Source of the DNA: an uncultured bacterium
GTDB taxonomy: Bacteria; JAGOEH01
Direction of reading: 5' to 3'
Assembly (NCBI GenBank): GCA_964632485.1
Contig: CAZWDO010000018.1
Span: 1-64,000, forward strand
Length of the DNA stretch: 64,000 nt
Positions 10,493 through 20,236 of the stretch are shown here, in pieces. Position 1 is the first letter of the stretch, and the number at the start of each line of letters is the position of its first letter. Below the pieces are notes generated by a model that made no database searches, was not told where the DNA came from, and was given only the letters and a program-made list of their open reading frames with translations. A program made the position numbers and the translations under genes.

Positions 10493-13400
10493 ATGGGCAA
10501 TTTCATCCATCTTCACAATCATAGCGAATACAGTTTATTGGACGGCGCCTGCCGGATCAAAGACATGCTCGCTAAGGCCAAGGAATTGGGAATGAAGGCG
10601 CTGGCGCTAACCGATCATGGCAATCTGTTTGGTTCAATCGAGTTCTACCAAACAGCGAAAGCGATGGGTATAAAGCCGATCATAGGAATGGAAGCGTATG
10701 TTTGTGAAGATATGAAAAGCCGCACATCACTCCCGAACAATCAATCGGGCAGTTATCATCTCACACTGCTGGTTAAAAACGAAACAGGATACCGCAATTT
10801 ACTGAAGATATCATCCGTCGCCTATTTAGAAGGATTTTATTATAAGCCGCGGGTGGACAAGGCATATCTCGCCAAACACGCCGAAGGGCTGATCGCTCTT
10901 TCCGGCTGCCTGAAAGGGGAAATCCCCAATCTATTGTTGGGTGGCGAAATAGAAAAAGCCAAAAAAGTTATTGATACCTACCGGGATATCTTCGGTTCCC
11001 AGAATTTTTATATTGAATTGATGAACCACGGTATGGAGGAAGAACGGCAGATACTTGAACCCTTGATTTCTTTGGCCGGTGAAATGCAAGTTCCGTATGT
11101 TGCCACTAATGACATCCATTATATAAATCCAGAGGACACGGAATTGCAGGAAGTCATGCTGTGTATTCAAACAGGCAAGACGATGAACGATGAGAAACGA
11201 ATGAAATTCTCCAGCGATCAGTTCTATTTTCGCACCGAAGAAGAAATGGAAAAGGTTTTTGAATGGACCCCGGACGCGCTGGATAACTCGGCAATAATAG
11301 CTGATCAATGCAATCTGGAATTGGAATTCGATCAATACCTCGTGCCCTCATTTCCGCTCCCCGAAGGATTTCAGGACCATGCCCTCTATTTACGGAACCT
11401 GGTGGAAGAGGGATTAAAGAAGCATTATCCGGATTTAGATGAAAAAATCCGCCAACGGGTGGAATATGAAATGGCAGTCATCGAAAAAATGGGCTATGTG
11501 GGCTATTTTCTGATTGTCTGGGATTTCATACATTATGCCCGCTCGAATAGCATTCCCGTGGGACCGGGACGAGGTTCCGCGGCGGGTAGTATCGTTTCAT
11601 ATTGCCTTGGCATTACCAATATCGATCCCTTAAGATACGATCTGCTTTTCGAACGCTTTCTGAATCCAGAACGTATCAGCATGCCGGATATCGATATAGA
11701 TTTCTGTATCAACGGGCGGGAAAAAGTCATTAACTATGTGCAGCAGAAATATGGCGAGAAAAATGTTTGCCAGATCATAACCTTTGGCCGCATGATGGCA
11801 AAGAACTCGGTACGTGACGTCGGACGGGTACTGGGGTATCCCTATGAATATGTCAATCAGTTAGCAAAATTGATTCCCGATGGCCCGGATGTTACATTGG
11901 CAAAGACCTTTTCCCCTGACAAATCTGATCCTGAGAGTGAAGAGATTCGGAAACAGTACCAGGAATCGGAAATGGCGAAAAAAATCCTTGACCTTGCCCT
12001 GCGTATTGAAGGGATGGCCCGCCAGGTGGGCAAACATGCCGCAGGGGTTGTTATTGCCCCCAAACCGTTGACCAATTTCGTAGCGCTGTTTAACGGGAAG
12101 GAAGGAATCACCAGTCAAATAGACATGAAATATCTGGAATCGCTGGGACTCCTTAAAATGGATTTTCTGGGACTGAAAACCTTAACCGTGATTGATCAGG
12201 CATTGAAACTGATCGAACAAAACCATGGAAAAGCCATCGATCTGGAGCGGTTGCCCTTAGATGATTCCAAGGTTTTCGAACTACTCTCCCGGGGGCAGAC
12301 TAATGGCATTTTCCAGTTTGAAAGCCCCAAAATGCAGGAATACTTACAAAAGCTCAAACCCTCGGTTTTCGAGGATATCATCGCCATGAATGCTCTCTAC
12401 CGCCCAGGGCCCATCAAAAATAAAATGGTCGATGAATTCATTGATCGCAAACATGATCCCAAAAAAATTGACTATATGATGCCGGAGCTGGAACCAATTC
12501 TCAAAGAAACGTATGGCATTATTGTCTATCAGGAACAGGTCATGCGCATTGCCGGCGCAATCGCAGGATTCACCATGGGAGAAGCAGATACCCTCCGAAA
12601 AGCCATGGGGAAAAAGAAACGCGATTTGATGGAAAAATTTCAAGCAAAATTTGTGGAAGGCGCTGCCAAAAACAATTTTGACAAAGACAAAGCAGCAACA
12701 CTATATAACATGATCGCCCAATTTGCCGAATATGGATTCAATAAATCCCATTCCGCTTGCTATGCTTTGGTAGCCTACTATACGGCATACCTGAAAGCCC
12801 ATTATCCCGTCGAATTTATAAGCGCTCTCAGTACCAGTGTTCTTTCAGAAGCCGATAAAGTCGTTAAATATATCGAAGAAGCCAAAAATATTGGAATTGA
12901 AGTTCTGCCGCCGGATATCAACACAAGCTACTATGAATTTACCGTGGAGAAAAATGGGATTCGCTTTGCTCTGGGGGGAATTAAAACTGTCGGGGAAGCA
13001 GCAATCAACGATATTATCAGTTTTAGAAATGAAAAAGGGGTCTATACTACTTTTTTTGATTTCATCAAACGAGCGATGAGCGGCGGAGCTGTTAAAAAAA
13101 ATACGATCGAAGCGCTGATCTGGTCCGGAGTATTAGATGCCTTTGGCAAACGATCACAGATGAAAGCAGCTCTGGATGATGCAATCCAATTAGCCCAGAA
13201 AATCAATCAAAAAGAACATTCCCAACAGGCATCACTCTTCGACATGTTCGAAGACAGCGCGTCGGCCATGGATTATAATTTCACCCTGCCTCAGGCCGAA
13301 GAGCTTAAATTTAAAGAAAAACTGGATATGGAAAAGCACTTTCTCGGATTTTTTCTAACCGGCCATCCCTTGGATGACTACAAGGATTTCCTCGCGCTGA

Positions 13401-13945
13401 TAACCCCTGTCAACGAACTGGCTGAGAATCCCAGCGAAAAATTTTATTTGGGGGGCATGATTACGGATTTCAAACCCAAAGTCTCCAAAAAAGATACTAA
13501 CCGCCGTTTCGCTTTTTTTACGTTAGAAGACCAGACCGGCAGTCAGGAATTTATGATTTTCAGTGAAGGATTGGACAAATATGAGTCGTTGTTGCAGCAA
13601 ATGCGCATTGTTGTCTGCTTAGTTAACAAAAATCAATATGATAACAATACGAATTATATCGCAGAGAAAGTGTTCCCCATTGAAGAAACCCTGGCGCATA
13701 TCAATTTGCAGATGATTATCCGCATAAAATTGGAAGAAATAAATAACAAGTATATCGATCAGATCGTTGAGACCATAAACCGATATCCGGGCTCTATCGG
13801 AGTTCGCCTGGAATTAGGATTAAACGGCAGAGAAACACCCTTAGAAATTCGTACAAAAAAATATAAAGTTGCGCCAGCGTATAAATTGCTTCAGGAATTA
13901 AAAACTGTTCCCGGCATTACCCACGCCAGGTATGAAGCAGTATGA
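10493..13945 (+). CDS. dnaE: DNA polymerase III alpha subunit
   Basis: HLHNHSEYSLLDG PHP domain, GPGRGSAAGS, SMPDIDIDF, YGFNKSHS; no intein visible. Confidence 0.98.
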   Translation: MGNFIHLHNHSEYSLLDGACRIKDMLAKAKELGMKALALTDHGNLFGSIEFYQTAKAMGIKPIIGMEAYVCEDMKSRTSLPNNQSGSYHLTLLVKNETGYRNLLKISSVAYLEGFYYKPRVDKAYLAKHAEGLIALSGCLKGEIPNLLLGGEIEKAKKVIDTYRDIFGSQNFYIELMNHGMEEERQILEPLISLAGEMQVPYVATNDIHYINPEDTELQEVMLCIQTGKTMNDEKRMKFSSDQFYFRTEEEMEKVFEWTPDALDNSAIIADQCNLELEFDQYLVPSFPLPEGFQDHALYLRNLVEEGLKKHYPDLDEKIRQRVEYEMAVIEKMGYVGYFLIVWDFIHYARSNSIPVGPGRGSAAGSIVSYCLGITNIDPLRYDLLFERFLNPERISMPDIDIDFCINGREKVINYVQQKYGEKNVCQIITFGRMMAKNSVRDVGRVLGYPYEYVNQLAKLIPDGPDVTLAKTFSPDKSDPESEEIRKQYQESEMAKKILDLALRIEGMARQVGKHAAGVVIAPKPLTNFVALFNGKEGITSQIDMKYLESLGLLKMDFLGLKTLTVIDQALKLIEQNHGKAIDLERLPLDDSKVFELLSRGQTNGIFQFESPKMQEYLQKLKPSVFEDIIAMNALYRPGPIKNKMVDEFIDRKHDPKKIDYMMPELEPILKETYGIIVYQEQVMRIAGAIAGFTMGEADTLRKAMGKKKRDLMEKFQAKFVEGAAKNNFDKDKAATLYNMIAQFAEYGFNKSHSACYALVAYYTAYLKAHYPVEFISALSTSVLSEADKVVKYIEEAKNIGIEVLPPDINTSYYEFTVEKNGIRFALGGIKTVGEAAINDIISFRNEKGVYTTFFDFIKRAMSGGAVKKNTIEALIWSGVLDAFGKRSQMKAALDDAIQLAQKINQKEHSQQASLFDMFEDSASAMDYNFTLPQAEELKFKEKLDMEKHFLGFFLTGHPLDDYKDFLALITPVNELAENPSEKFYLGGMITDFKPKVSKKDTNRRFAFFTLEDQTGSQEFMIFSEGLDKYESLLQQMRIVVCLVNKNQYDNNTNYIAEKVFPIEETLAHINLQMIIRIKLEEINNKYIDQIVETINRYPGSIGVRLELGLNGRETPLEIRTKKYKVAPAYKLLQELKTVPGITHARYEAV

Positions 13946-13994
13946 TGGCCCAAAAATTCTATAATAGTCATTCACTTTTAATAAGGAGCGATCT

Positions 13995-15959
13995 ATGAGA
14001 TATGTAATTCTACTCTTCATGTTGATTGAAATCAGCATGACCGCAGCGAAGGTCCCGGACAGATCATGGCGCGATTTGAAAGCCCAGCGCCAGGCGCAAA
14101 CCCTCGTGGAGTACGTTCGCAACAAGTCGTCCCTGACTTCGGTAAGTCAGGACAATTATGATGTGAACTGGTATGGCCTGGAGTTTTCGTTTAATATCAG
14201 CGCCAAAATTATTTACGGAATTGTTGAAATGGAATATACCATCACCCAGGACAATACCAATACCATCAGTATTGATATGCTTAACAATTTAATACTGGAT
14301 TCGATCAGCGGCAATATAACGAGCTACGTACGAGAAAACAGCAACCGATTGCTGACTATAACTCTTGACAAAATCTATAATAGTGGCCAAACCGCCTCTG
14401 TACGAATCGTTTATCACGGGAACCCCCAGACAGGAGGATTCGGCGCCTTCGGTATCGATAACAGCGCTTCCGGGGGTACGCTGATTTGGTCCTTAAGCGA
14501 GCCCTACTATTCCAGTAGTTGGTGGCCCTGTAAAGACACTCCCGGAGATAAAGCTGATTCCGCCGACATTTACATAACGGTACCCACAGGACTGTTGGTC
14601 GCCAGCAACGGAACCAAAATCGATTCTGTTATCCAGTCAGGAAATGTCCGCTATCATTGGCAGGTCCGCTATCCAATCCCTCCCTATCTAATCAGCCTGG
14701 CCATCAGCGATTACAAATACCAGGAGACCACCTGGTCCTATAATGGGCAATCGATGCCCTCAGTTTGCTATTATTATTCCACCGTCAACGACAATACTGC
14801 GGCGCAGTGCATTCAAACGCAGAACCAGGGGCTGACCGTTTTCTCTGATCTTTTCGGCCTCTACCCCTTTATCAACGAAAAATATGGTTCCGCCCAATTC
14901 AATTGGGGAGGCGGAATGGAGCACCAAACTATCACTTCGTTGGGCGGGCATGGAACTTATCTTATCATCCACGAACTGGCGCACCAGTGGTGGGGGGATT
15001 ACATTACCTGCGCTAATTGGCATGAAATATGGCTCAACGAAGGGTTTGCCAGTTATTCCGAAGCGCTCTACGTAGAAGCGGTGGATGGTCGGGACGACTT
15101 TCACGATTATGTCAATCAAAATTTTCGATCCGGGCTGGATAACAGAGTATATGTGGACGATACGACGAATGTGAGTAGTATTTTTAGCAGCACAGTCTAT
15201 GACAAAGGCGCCTGGGTGCTGCACATGCTGCGATATATGACTGGCGATTCCGTTTTTTTTGCCATTTTGCGGACCTATTTTCAGCAAATTCCTTATGGCG
15301 TAGCCACGACCGAACAATTTCGCGCAATATGCGAAAACATTTCAGGACAGGATTTACAGCAATTCTTCCAACATTGGATTTATTCCCCTTTTCGGCCGGC
15401 TTTCAATTTATCTTATCATGTCCATTCACAAGAAGATACCCTTTACCAAGTCGATCTGACACTCACTCAGAGCGAGCGCGGTATAGTACTGGATATGCCG
15501 ATCCCTATTCAGCTAACATTCAGTGATGAAAGCGATACAACTGTCACGTTGTTTTTCCATACCAGCAATGTCAGCGGGAGTTTCCTGGTCACCAAGGAAC
15601 CGGTAGAGATAACTCTGGACCCCTACAATTGGATACTAAAGAGAAGCGTCACCTATACGAATGTTCAAGAAAATGGGGGAATTCACCTTCTTCAACACCC
15701 CATCGTGATCAACAGCATCGGCCCAAATCCATTACAATCACAGGGCAAACTGCGATTTTCTCTGACAACGCCACAAACCCTGCGATTGGAAATTTTTAAT
15801 CTGCTGGGAGAAACCGTTTATGCTACCAGCGAGCAAAAATATCCGGCCGGACAAAACCAACTGACATGGAATACCGCTACACTTCCTGGGGGGATCTATC
15901 TTTATCAGTTACGGTCGAACCTCTCCCGTGCGAGCGGAAAAATAACGATAGCGCGATGA
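13995..15959 (+). CDS. Secreted M1 family metalloaminopeptidase with T9SS type-A-like C-terminal domain
   Basis: Signal peptide, GGMEH, HELAHQWWG-x-NEGFA zinc motif, YDKG; C-terminal PNP...LEIFNLLGE...GIYLYQL...KITIAR. Confidence 0.9.
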   Translation: MRYVILLFMLIEISMTAAKVPDRSWRDLKAQRQAQTLVEYVRNKSSLTSVSQDNYDVNWYGLEFSFNISAKIIYGIVEMEYTITQDNTNTISIDMLNNLILDSISGNITSYVRENSNRLLTITLDKIYNSGQTASVRIVYHGNPQTGGFGAFGIDNSASGGTLIWSLSEPYYSSSWWPCKDTPGDKADSADIYITVPTGLLVASNGTKIDSVIQSGNVRYHWQVRYPIPPYLISLAISDYKYQETTWSYNGQSMPSVCYYYSTVNDNTAAQCIQTQNQGLTVFSDLFGLYPFINEKYGSAQFNWGGGMEHQTITSLGGHGTYLIIHELAHQWWGDYITCANWHEIWLNEGFASYSEALYVEAVDGRDDFHDYVNQNFRSGLDNRVYVDDTTNVSSIFSSTVYDKGAWVLHMLRYMTGDSVFFAILRTYFQQIPYGVATTEQFRAICENISGQDLQQFFQHWIYSPFRPAFNLSYHVHSQEDTLYQVDLTLTQSERGIVLDMPIPIQLTFSDESDTTVTLFFHTSNVSGSFLVTKEPVEITLDPYNWILKRSVTYTNVQENGGIHLLQHPIVINSIGPNPLQSQGKLRFSLTTPQTLRLEIFNLLGETVYATSEQKYPAGQNQLTWNTATLPGGIYLYQLRSNLSRASGKITIAR

Positions 15960-16936
15960 AAACCGTTCTTCACCTTTATCAGGAACTCCCCAAAGCATTC
16001 AGTGGGTTATTTTCACCCGGGTCAAAATGGCTGAATCCCGGTGGACAATTCGATATTATTTATGTGAAATGGCTCAAACCGGTTAACGGAATGGTTCGTT
16101 TTTCAGTCAATGATTTGTCTCAGATGGGTAATAACCTCCAGATGATGGCCACCCCCCTACCCGTCTTGGTTACGACAATTAATGAACCTGTGGATTTAAT
16201 CGTACGCCAATCACCGACTATCGGGGAGGGCCTTCTAAAATCAATTCCGACACACCCCAAATGCCGGACTATCACTGTTATTCCTAATTCATTTATTCCC
16301 AAACTTTTAAATGGTATTTCCTCCGGGGAACGGACATGGCGTAACACCCTTGCCCATAGCGACGGTATAACGCTGTGTTCAAAGCTACATTTTATCTATC
16401 TCAAGGGGATATCAACTATTCCCCATGCCTTGATTTATCCGGGAGGAACCATCAGCAAAGGCAAACAGAATTTTACCCTGCATTCTCCGCCGCGCATCGC
16501 TCTGATGGGAGATTCATTGCCTTCTTCCTTTTTAAAAAAAATAGACCACTACTTACACTCTTACGGATTGCGCCCCCAATGGCATGTAATTACTAATCGG
16601 GAATTACATCATTCAACCGATTGGGATGAATATGACTTAGGGCTGGCATATCTTCAAAAAAGACGATTCCCCGATCAATTTTTAGCCGCGATGGCCGCCG
16701 GCTTGCCTCTGGTGGCCAACGAACCCCGTGATTTCTTTATCATCGAATGGAATCGCAATGTAGTTAAGTTTACCACTTCTTCGCCGGCATCAATGGCGGA
16801 AGGCCTGCTACACATGCTGCAAGACGGCAGTTTACGGCAAAAAAAAAGCCTTTTGATCCGGGATTACTATAAGCGGTATTTCGACCCGCAAATGCTGAAT
16901 GAACAATGGACTCACTTTCTAAAACAATTGACCTGA
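15956..16936 (+). CDS. Divergent glycosyltransferase (GT-B, GT4-like) fold protein
   Basis: ATGA overlap with upstream gene; FPDQFLAAMAAGLPLVA resembles the GT4 E-x7-EAMAxGxPV motif but lacks the glutamates. Confidence 0.5.
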   Translation: MKTVLHLYQELPKAFSGLFSPGSKWLNPGGQFDIIYVKWLKPVNGMVRFSVNDLSQMGNNLQMMATPLPVLVTTINEPVDLIVRQSPTIGEGLLKSIPTHPKCRTITVIPNSFIPKLLNGISSGERTWRNTLAHSDGITLCSKLHFIYLKGISTIPHALIYPGGTISKGKQNFTLHSPPRIALMGDSLPSSFLKKIDHYLHSYGLRPQWHVITNRELHHSTDWDEYDLGLAYLQKRRFPDQFLAAMAAGLPLVANEPRDFFIIEWNRNVVKFTTSSPASMAEGLLHMLQDGSLRQKKSLLIRDYYKRYFDPQMLNEQWTHFLKQLT

Positions 16937-16966
16937 ATGAATTGAGATAAAGATTGAAATTTTGCC

Positions 16967-16995
16967 TTGACTTTATAAAAATGTTTTGTTAATAT
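16967..16995 (+). promoter_or_regulatory. sigma70-type promoter TTGACT-N17-TAATAT
   Basis: In the intergenic region upstream of the deacylase-symporter pair. Confidence 0.55.
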
Positions 16996-17148
16996 AAACA
17001 AGTCAAATTCAGTCTGAATGATACTCCCAATCAAGAATTTCGTTCCGGCAGGCATGGAGAATGCCACAGATTGGCACTCTTTATTGAAAATGCTCATGAC
17101 CGGTGAATTGGCTTAATGCGGTAAACTAAAAAACGCTTCGGAGTGTTA

Positions 17149-18504
17149 ATGAATTCCATAATAATAAAAAATGGCTGGGTGATTGACCCGGCGCAAAAAA
17201 TCAACTCAATTCAGGATATTTTAATTCAGAATGAACGAATAGCTGATATAGGACGGATTGAATCCCCGGCGGATCATGAAATTGATGCCACCGGGCAGAT
17301 CGTGTGTCCCGGTTTTGTGGATATACATATGCATGAGGAATCGTTTCTTCCCGCTGAAGATCGATTCGCTACCAGCATATTTGAATGTATGCTCAGAATG
17401 GGCGTAACCACAGCAATTGGAGGGAATTGCGGAACCGGTCCACTGAACCCGGCCGATTATCTCGAGTGCGTGGACCGGCTGGGACTACCGATCAATTTCG
17501 GAATACAAGTCCCTCATGAATCCTTGCGTTCACAGCTTGGCGCCGATGATAAATATCGTCCCATGAACACTGAGGATATTTTAGGGATGAAAAAATTAGC
17601 TCTTGGGTATCTTGATCAGGGTTGCCTAGGCATTTCCCTGGGAATTCGGTATGTCCCGGGCGCCACTCCTGCCGAATGGCGCGCCCTGAGTGAAGCCGCG
17701 GCTGAAAAACATGCCCTATTGAGCGCTCATATCCGTGATGATGCGGACGCCGTTTACAGTTCGACCGATGAATTTATTCAACTGGCTAAGACTAGTGGAT
17801 GTTCGATCCAAGTTTCTCATATTGGCAGCATGGCCGGCTTTGGACAAATGCAATCCTGGTTGGAACACTATGACCGATACCGGCTCAGCGGACTTGATAT
17901 TGGCGCGGATTGTTATCCCTATCAGGCTTTTAGTACCGGGATTGGTGAAACGACCTATGATGAGGGTTTTCTGGAACGCTATAAAATTGATTATTCGGCC
18001 ATTGAAATTGCCGAGGGCCCGCATCGGGGAGAACGCTGCAATGAACAGTTATTTTATAGACTCAGGCAAACGGAGCCAGAGCTGATCACGATCGCTCACG
18101 TCATGAAAAAGGAAGATATTGATCTGGCATTGACGCATCCGGCAGTTCTTTTAGCCAGTGATGGGTTTATGCGCAATTACCAGGGCCATCCGCGGGCTGC
18201 CGGTACATTTCCCCGTTTTTTACACAACTATGCTGTTGAAAAATCTAAACTTTCACTTTCCGAAGCGATTGCTAAAATGACCTGGTTGCCCGCGCAGCGA
18301 TTCGGGCTGGACAGTGGAACGTTGATAAAAGGCAGACAAGCGGATATCGTAATTTTTAATCGGGAGCAGCTTTGTGATCGCGCTACTTTTGCCGAACCCG
18401 CCTTACCTCCCGAAGGCATTAGATATGTCATCATTAATGGGCAAATCGCTATTGAAAATCAAAAAATTATCACATTACGCGCCGGAAACGCCATTCGCTG
18501 GTAA
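17149..18504 (+). CDS. Amidohydrolase, N-acyl-D-amino-acid deacylase family
   Basis: PGFVDIHMH, GVTTAIGGNCG, HIRD, DCYPY, ASDG...GHPRAAGTFPRFL, ADIVIF. Confidence 0.88.
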   Translation: MNSIIIKNGWVIDPAQKINSIQDILIQNERIADIGRIESPADHEIDATGQIVCPGFVDIHMHEESFLPAEDRFATSIFECMLRMGVTTAIGGNCGTGPLNPADYLECVDRLGLPINFGIQVPHESLRSQLGADDKYRPMNTEDILGMKKLALGYLDQGCLGISLGIRYVPGATPAEWRALSEAAAEKHALLSAHIRDDADAVYSSTDEFIQLAKTSGCSIQVSHIGSMAGFGQMQSWLEHYDRYRLSGLDIGADCYPYQAFSTGIGETTYDEGFLERYKIDYSAIEIAEGPHRGERCNEQLFYRLRQTEPELITIAHVMKKEDIDLALTHPAVLLASDGFMRNYQGHPRAAGTFPRFLHNYAVEKSKLSLSEAIAKMTWLPAQRFGLDSGTLIKGRQADIVIFNREQLCDRATFAEPALPPEGIRYVIINGQIAIENQKIITLRAGNAIRW

Positions 18505-18614
18505 TTAACCAAACAAAATATAACAAAAACGATTTCTGTTGAAAGATGGTATGCGAACAGCTATAAACGTTTAGCCTTCAGTTTAAACCCAGACATAAGA
18601 AAGGACAAATCTGC

Positions 18615-20159
18615 ATGGAACAAAGCAATTTGCTGATGTCTTTCATGACCACGCTTGTCGATTGGATGTGGGGATGGCCCCTAATCATTACATTACTCGC
18701 CACAGGATTATTTTTTACAATTGCTTCCGGGTTTTTCCAGTTTAGATTTTTTGGACATGTCATGATGGAAACTTTCGGCAAATTGTTAAGAAGAAAAAAG
18801 GATGAAGAGGGGGAAGTGGGTATATTAAGCCCTTTTGAAGCCATCAGCATCGCCATCGGAGGTACAATTGGAGTGGGAAATATTGGCGGTGTCGCCACTG
18901 CCATCGCTGTTGGCGGACCGGGCGCCCTTTTTTGGTTGCTGGTTGCAGGTGTTGCCGGCCAAATTATTAAGATGGTAGAAGTCACACTGGCTGTCTATTA
19001 CCGCAGCAAGGACGAATACGGAAATCCATACGGAGGCCCGCCCTATTACATGAAAAAAGGGATTATGGAATACTATCGATCCTCTATGTTGGCCAAGGTA
19101 TTAATTTTTGTATTCCTTTTTGGAATGTTTTCCTCTATTTTTATCACCATGCAAAATTATACCGTGTCCGAAGCAATTGCCAGCACATTGGCAAAAATCC
19201 AGATACAAATAGAAAATCCAACGCTGACGTCATTTAGCGCCGGCGAGTTGAGCAATACCAGCTATCAACACTATTTTAATAATTATCAACTGGGAATCAG
19301 CATTATCTACACAATACTTGTTTATATCATGATTGCCGGCGGATTAAAAAAACTGGGAAGAATTGCCAGCATAATCGTGCCGTTTATGTGCTTATTCTAT
19401 TTAACGGGCGGCCTGTTTATCGTCCTGAAATATATCTCAATATTACCGCAGGTTCTCCGGTTAGTGGTCAACAGCGCCTTTAATGGCACAGCGGCAATTG
19501 GCGGTTTTGCCGGCGCCGCTTTTATCGTTGTCATTCAAAAAGGATTGGCGCGAGCGGTCTTCAGCAATGAAGCCGGTTGGGGAACATCACCGATGATCCA
19601 TTCAACGGCCAGAACCGTCCATCCCATCCGGCAGGGACTATGGGGCGTGTTTGAAGTCACAATATCCACGATGCTGGTGTGTACCATCACCGCTTTAGCG
19701 ATCATTATTACCGGCGAATGGAGTTCGGGACTGAGCGGCGCCACACTGACTCTCAACGCCTTTGAACATGGGATGGGCAGTACGGGTCGTATTATCCTCA
19801 CTGTCGGCATTTTCCTTTTCGGCATTACGACAACTTCCGGCTGGTACACTTATTATGAAATATTATTACGCTATGTTCTGGGAACTCATTCTTCCATGAA
19901 AACATCGATTCTTAAAATCTATAAATGGACATTTCCGATTCCTGGAATGGGTCTGGTCTTCTATGCGGTATATTTTGGATTACCCAGTCAGAAAATTTGG
20001 CTTTTTGCCGATTTTTCGACCGGATTGCCGACATTTGCCAATATTGTTGCCATCTTACTACTCGCCCCTAAATTTTTAGAACTGTTACGCGACTATAAAG
20101 CCCGGTATTTGAATATTGGGACGGTAAAAAGCTCTACTAAAATCTTCCACGAAAGTTGA
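18615..20159 (+). CDS. Alanine/glycine:cation symporter (AGCS family)
   Basis: GGTIGVGNIGGVATAIAVGGPGALFW, GGPPYY, RAVFSNEAGWGTSPMIH. Confidence 0.92.
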   Translation: MEQSNLLMSFMTTLVDWMWGWPLIITLLATGLFFTIASGFFQFRFFGHVMMETFGKLLRRKKDEEGEVGILSPFEAISIAIGGTIGVGNIGGVATAIAVGGPGALFWLLVAGVAGQIIKMVEVTLAVYYRSKDEYGNPYGGPPYYMKKGIMEYYRSSMLAKVLIFVFLFGMFSSIFITMQNYTVSEAIASTLAKIQIQIENPTLTSFSAGELSNTSYQHYFNNYQLGISIIYTILVYIMIAGGLKKLGRIASIIVPFMCLFYLTGGLFIVLKYISILPQVLRLVVNSAFNGTAAIGGFAGAAFIVVIQKGLARAVFSNEAGWGTSPMIHSTARTVHPIRQGLWGVFEVTISTMLVCTITALAIIITGEWSSGLSGATLTLNAFEHGMGSTGRIILTVGIFLFGITTTSGWYTYYEILLRYVLGTHSSMKTSILKIYKWTFPIPGMGLVFYAVYFGLPSQKIWLFADFSTGLPTFANIVAILLLAPKFLELLRDYKARYLNIGTVKSSTKIFHES

Positions 20160-20195
20160 CAATTTCTTTACCCATAAAATTTTTAATCAAAATAA

Positions 20196-20235
20196 CGAGA
20201 TGAGTGGCGCCGGAATTTGCGATGCGCCACTCTCG
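20196..20235. terminator. Hairpin between convergent genes
   Basis: GAGTGGCGC 20202-20210 / GCGCCACTC 20224-20232; T-rich tail on the minus strand. Confidence 0.65.
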
Positions 20236-20236
20236 C

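Noticed and set aside
10493-13945. Intein or split in dnaE
   Set aside because: Normal length and continuous motifs with no intein signature
17072-17087. TGGCAC-containing sigma54-like site upstream of the deacylase
   Set aside because: No GC at the -12 position with GG-N10 spacing; a sigma70-type promoter lies upstream
17000-17148. Glycine riboswitch, often found before AGCS transporters
   Set aside because: The GGAGA...CCGAAG...CTCAGG core is not present; only a short imperfect hairpin
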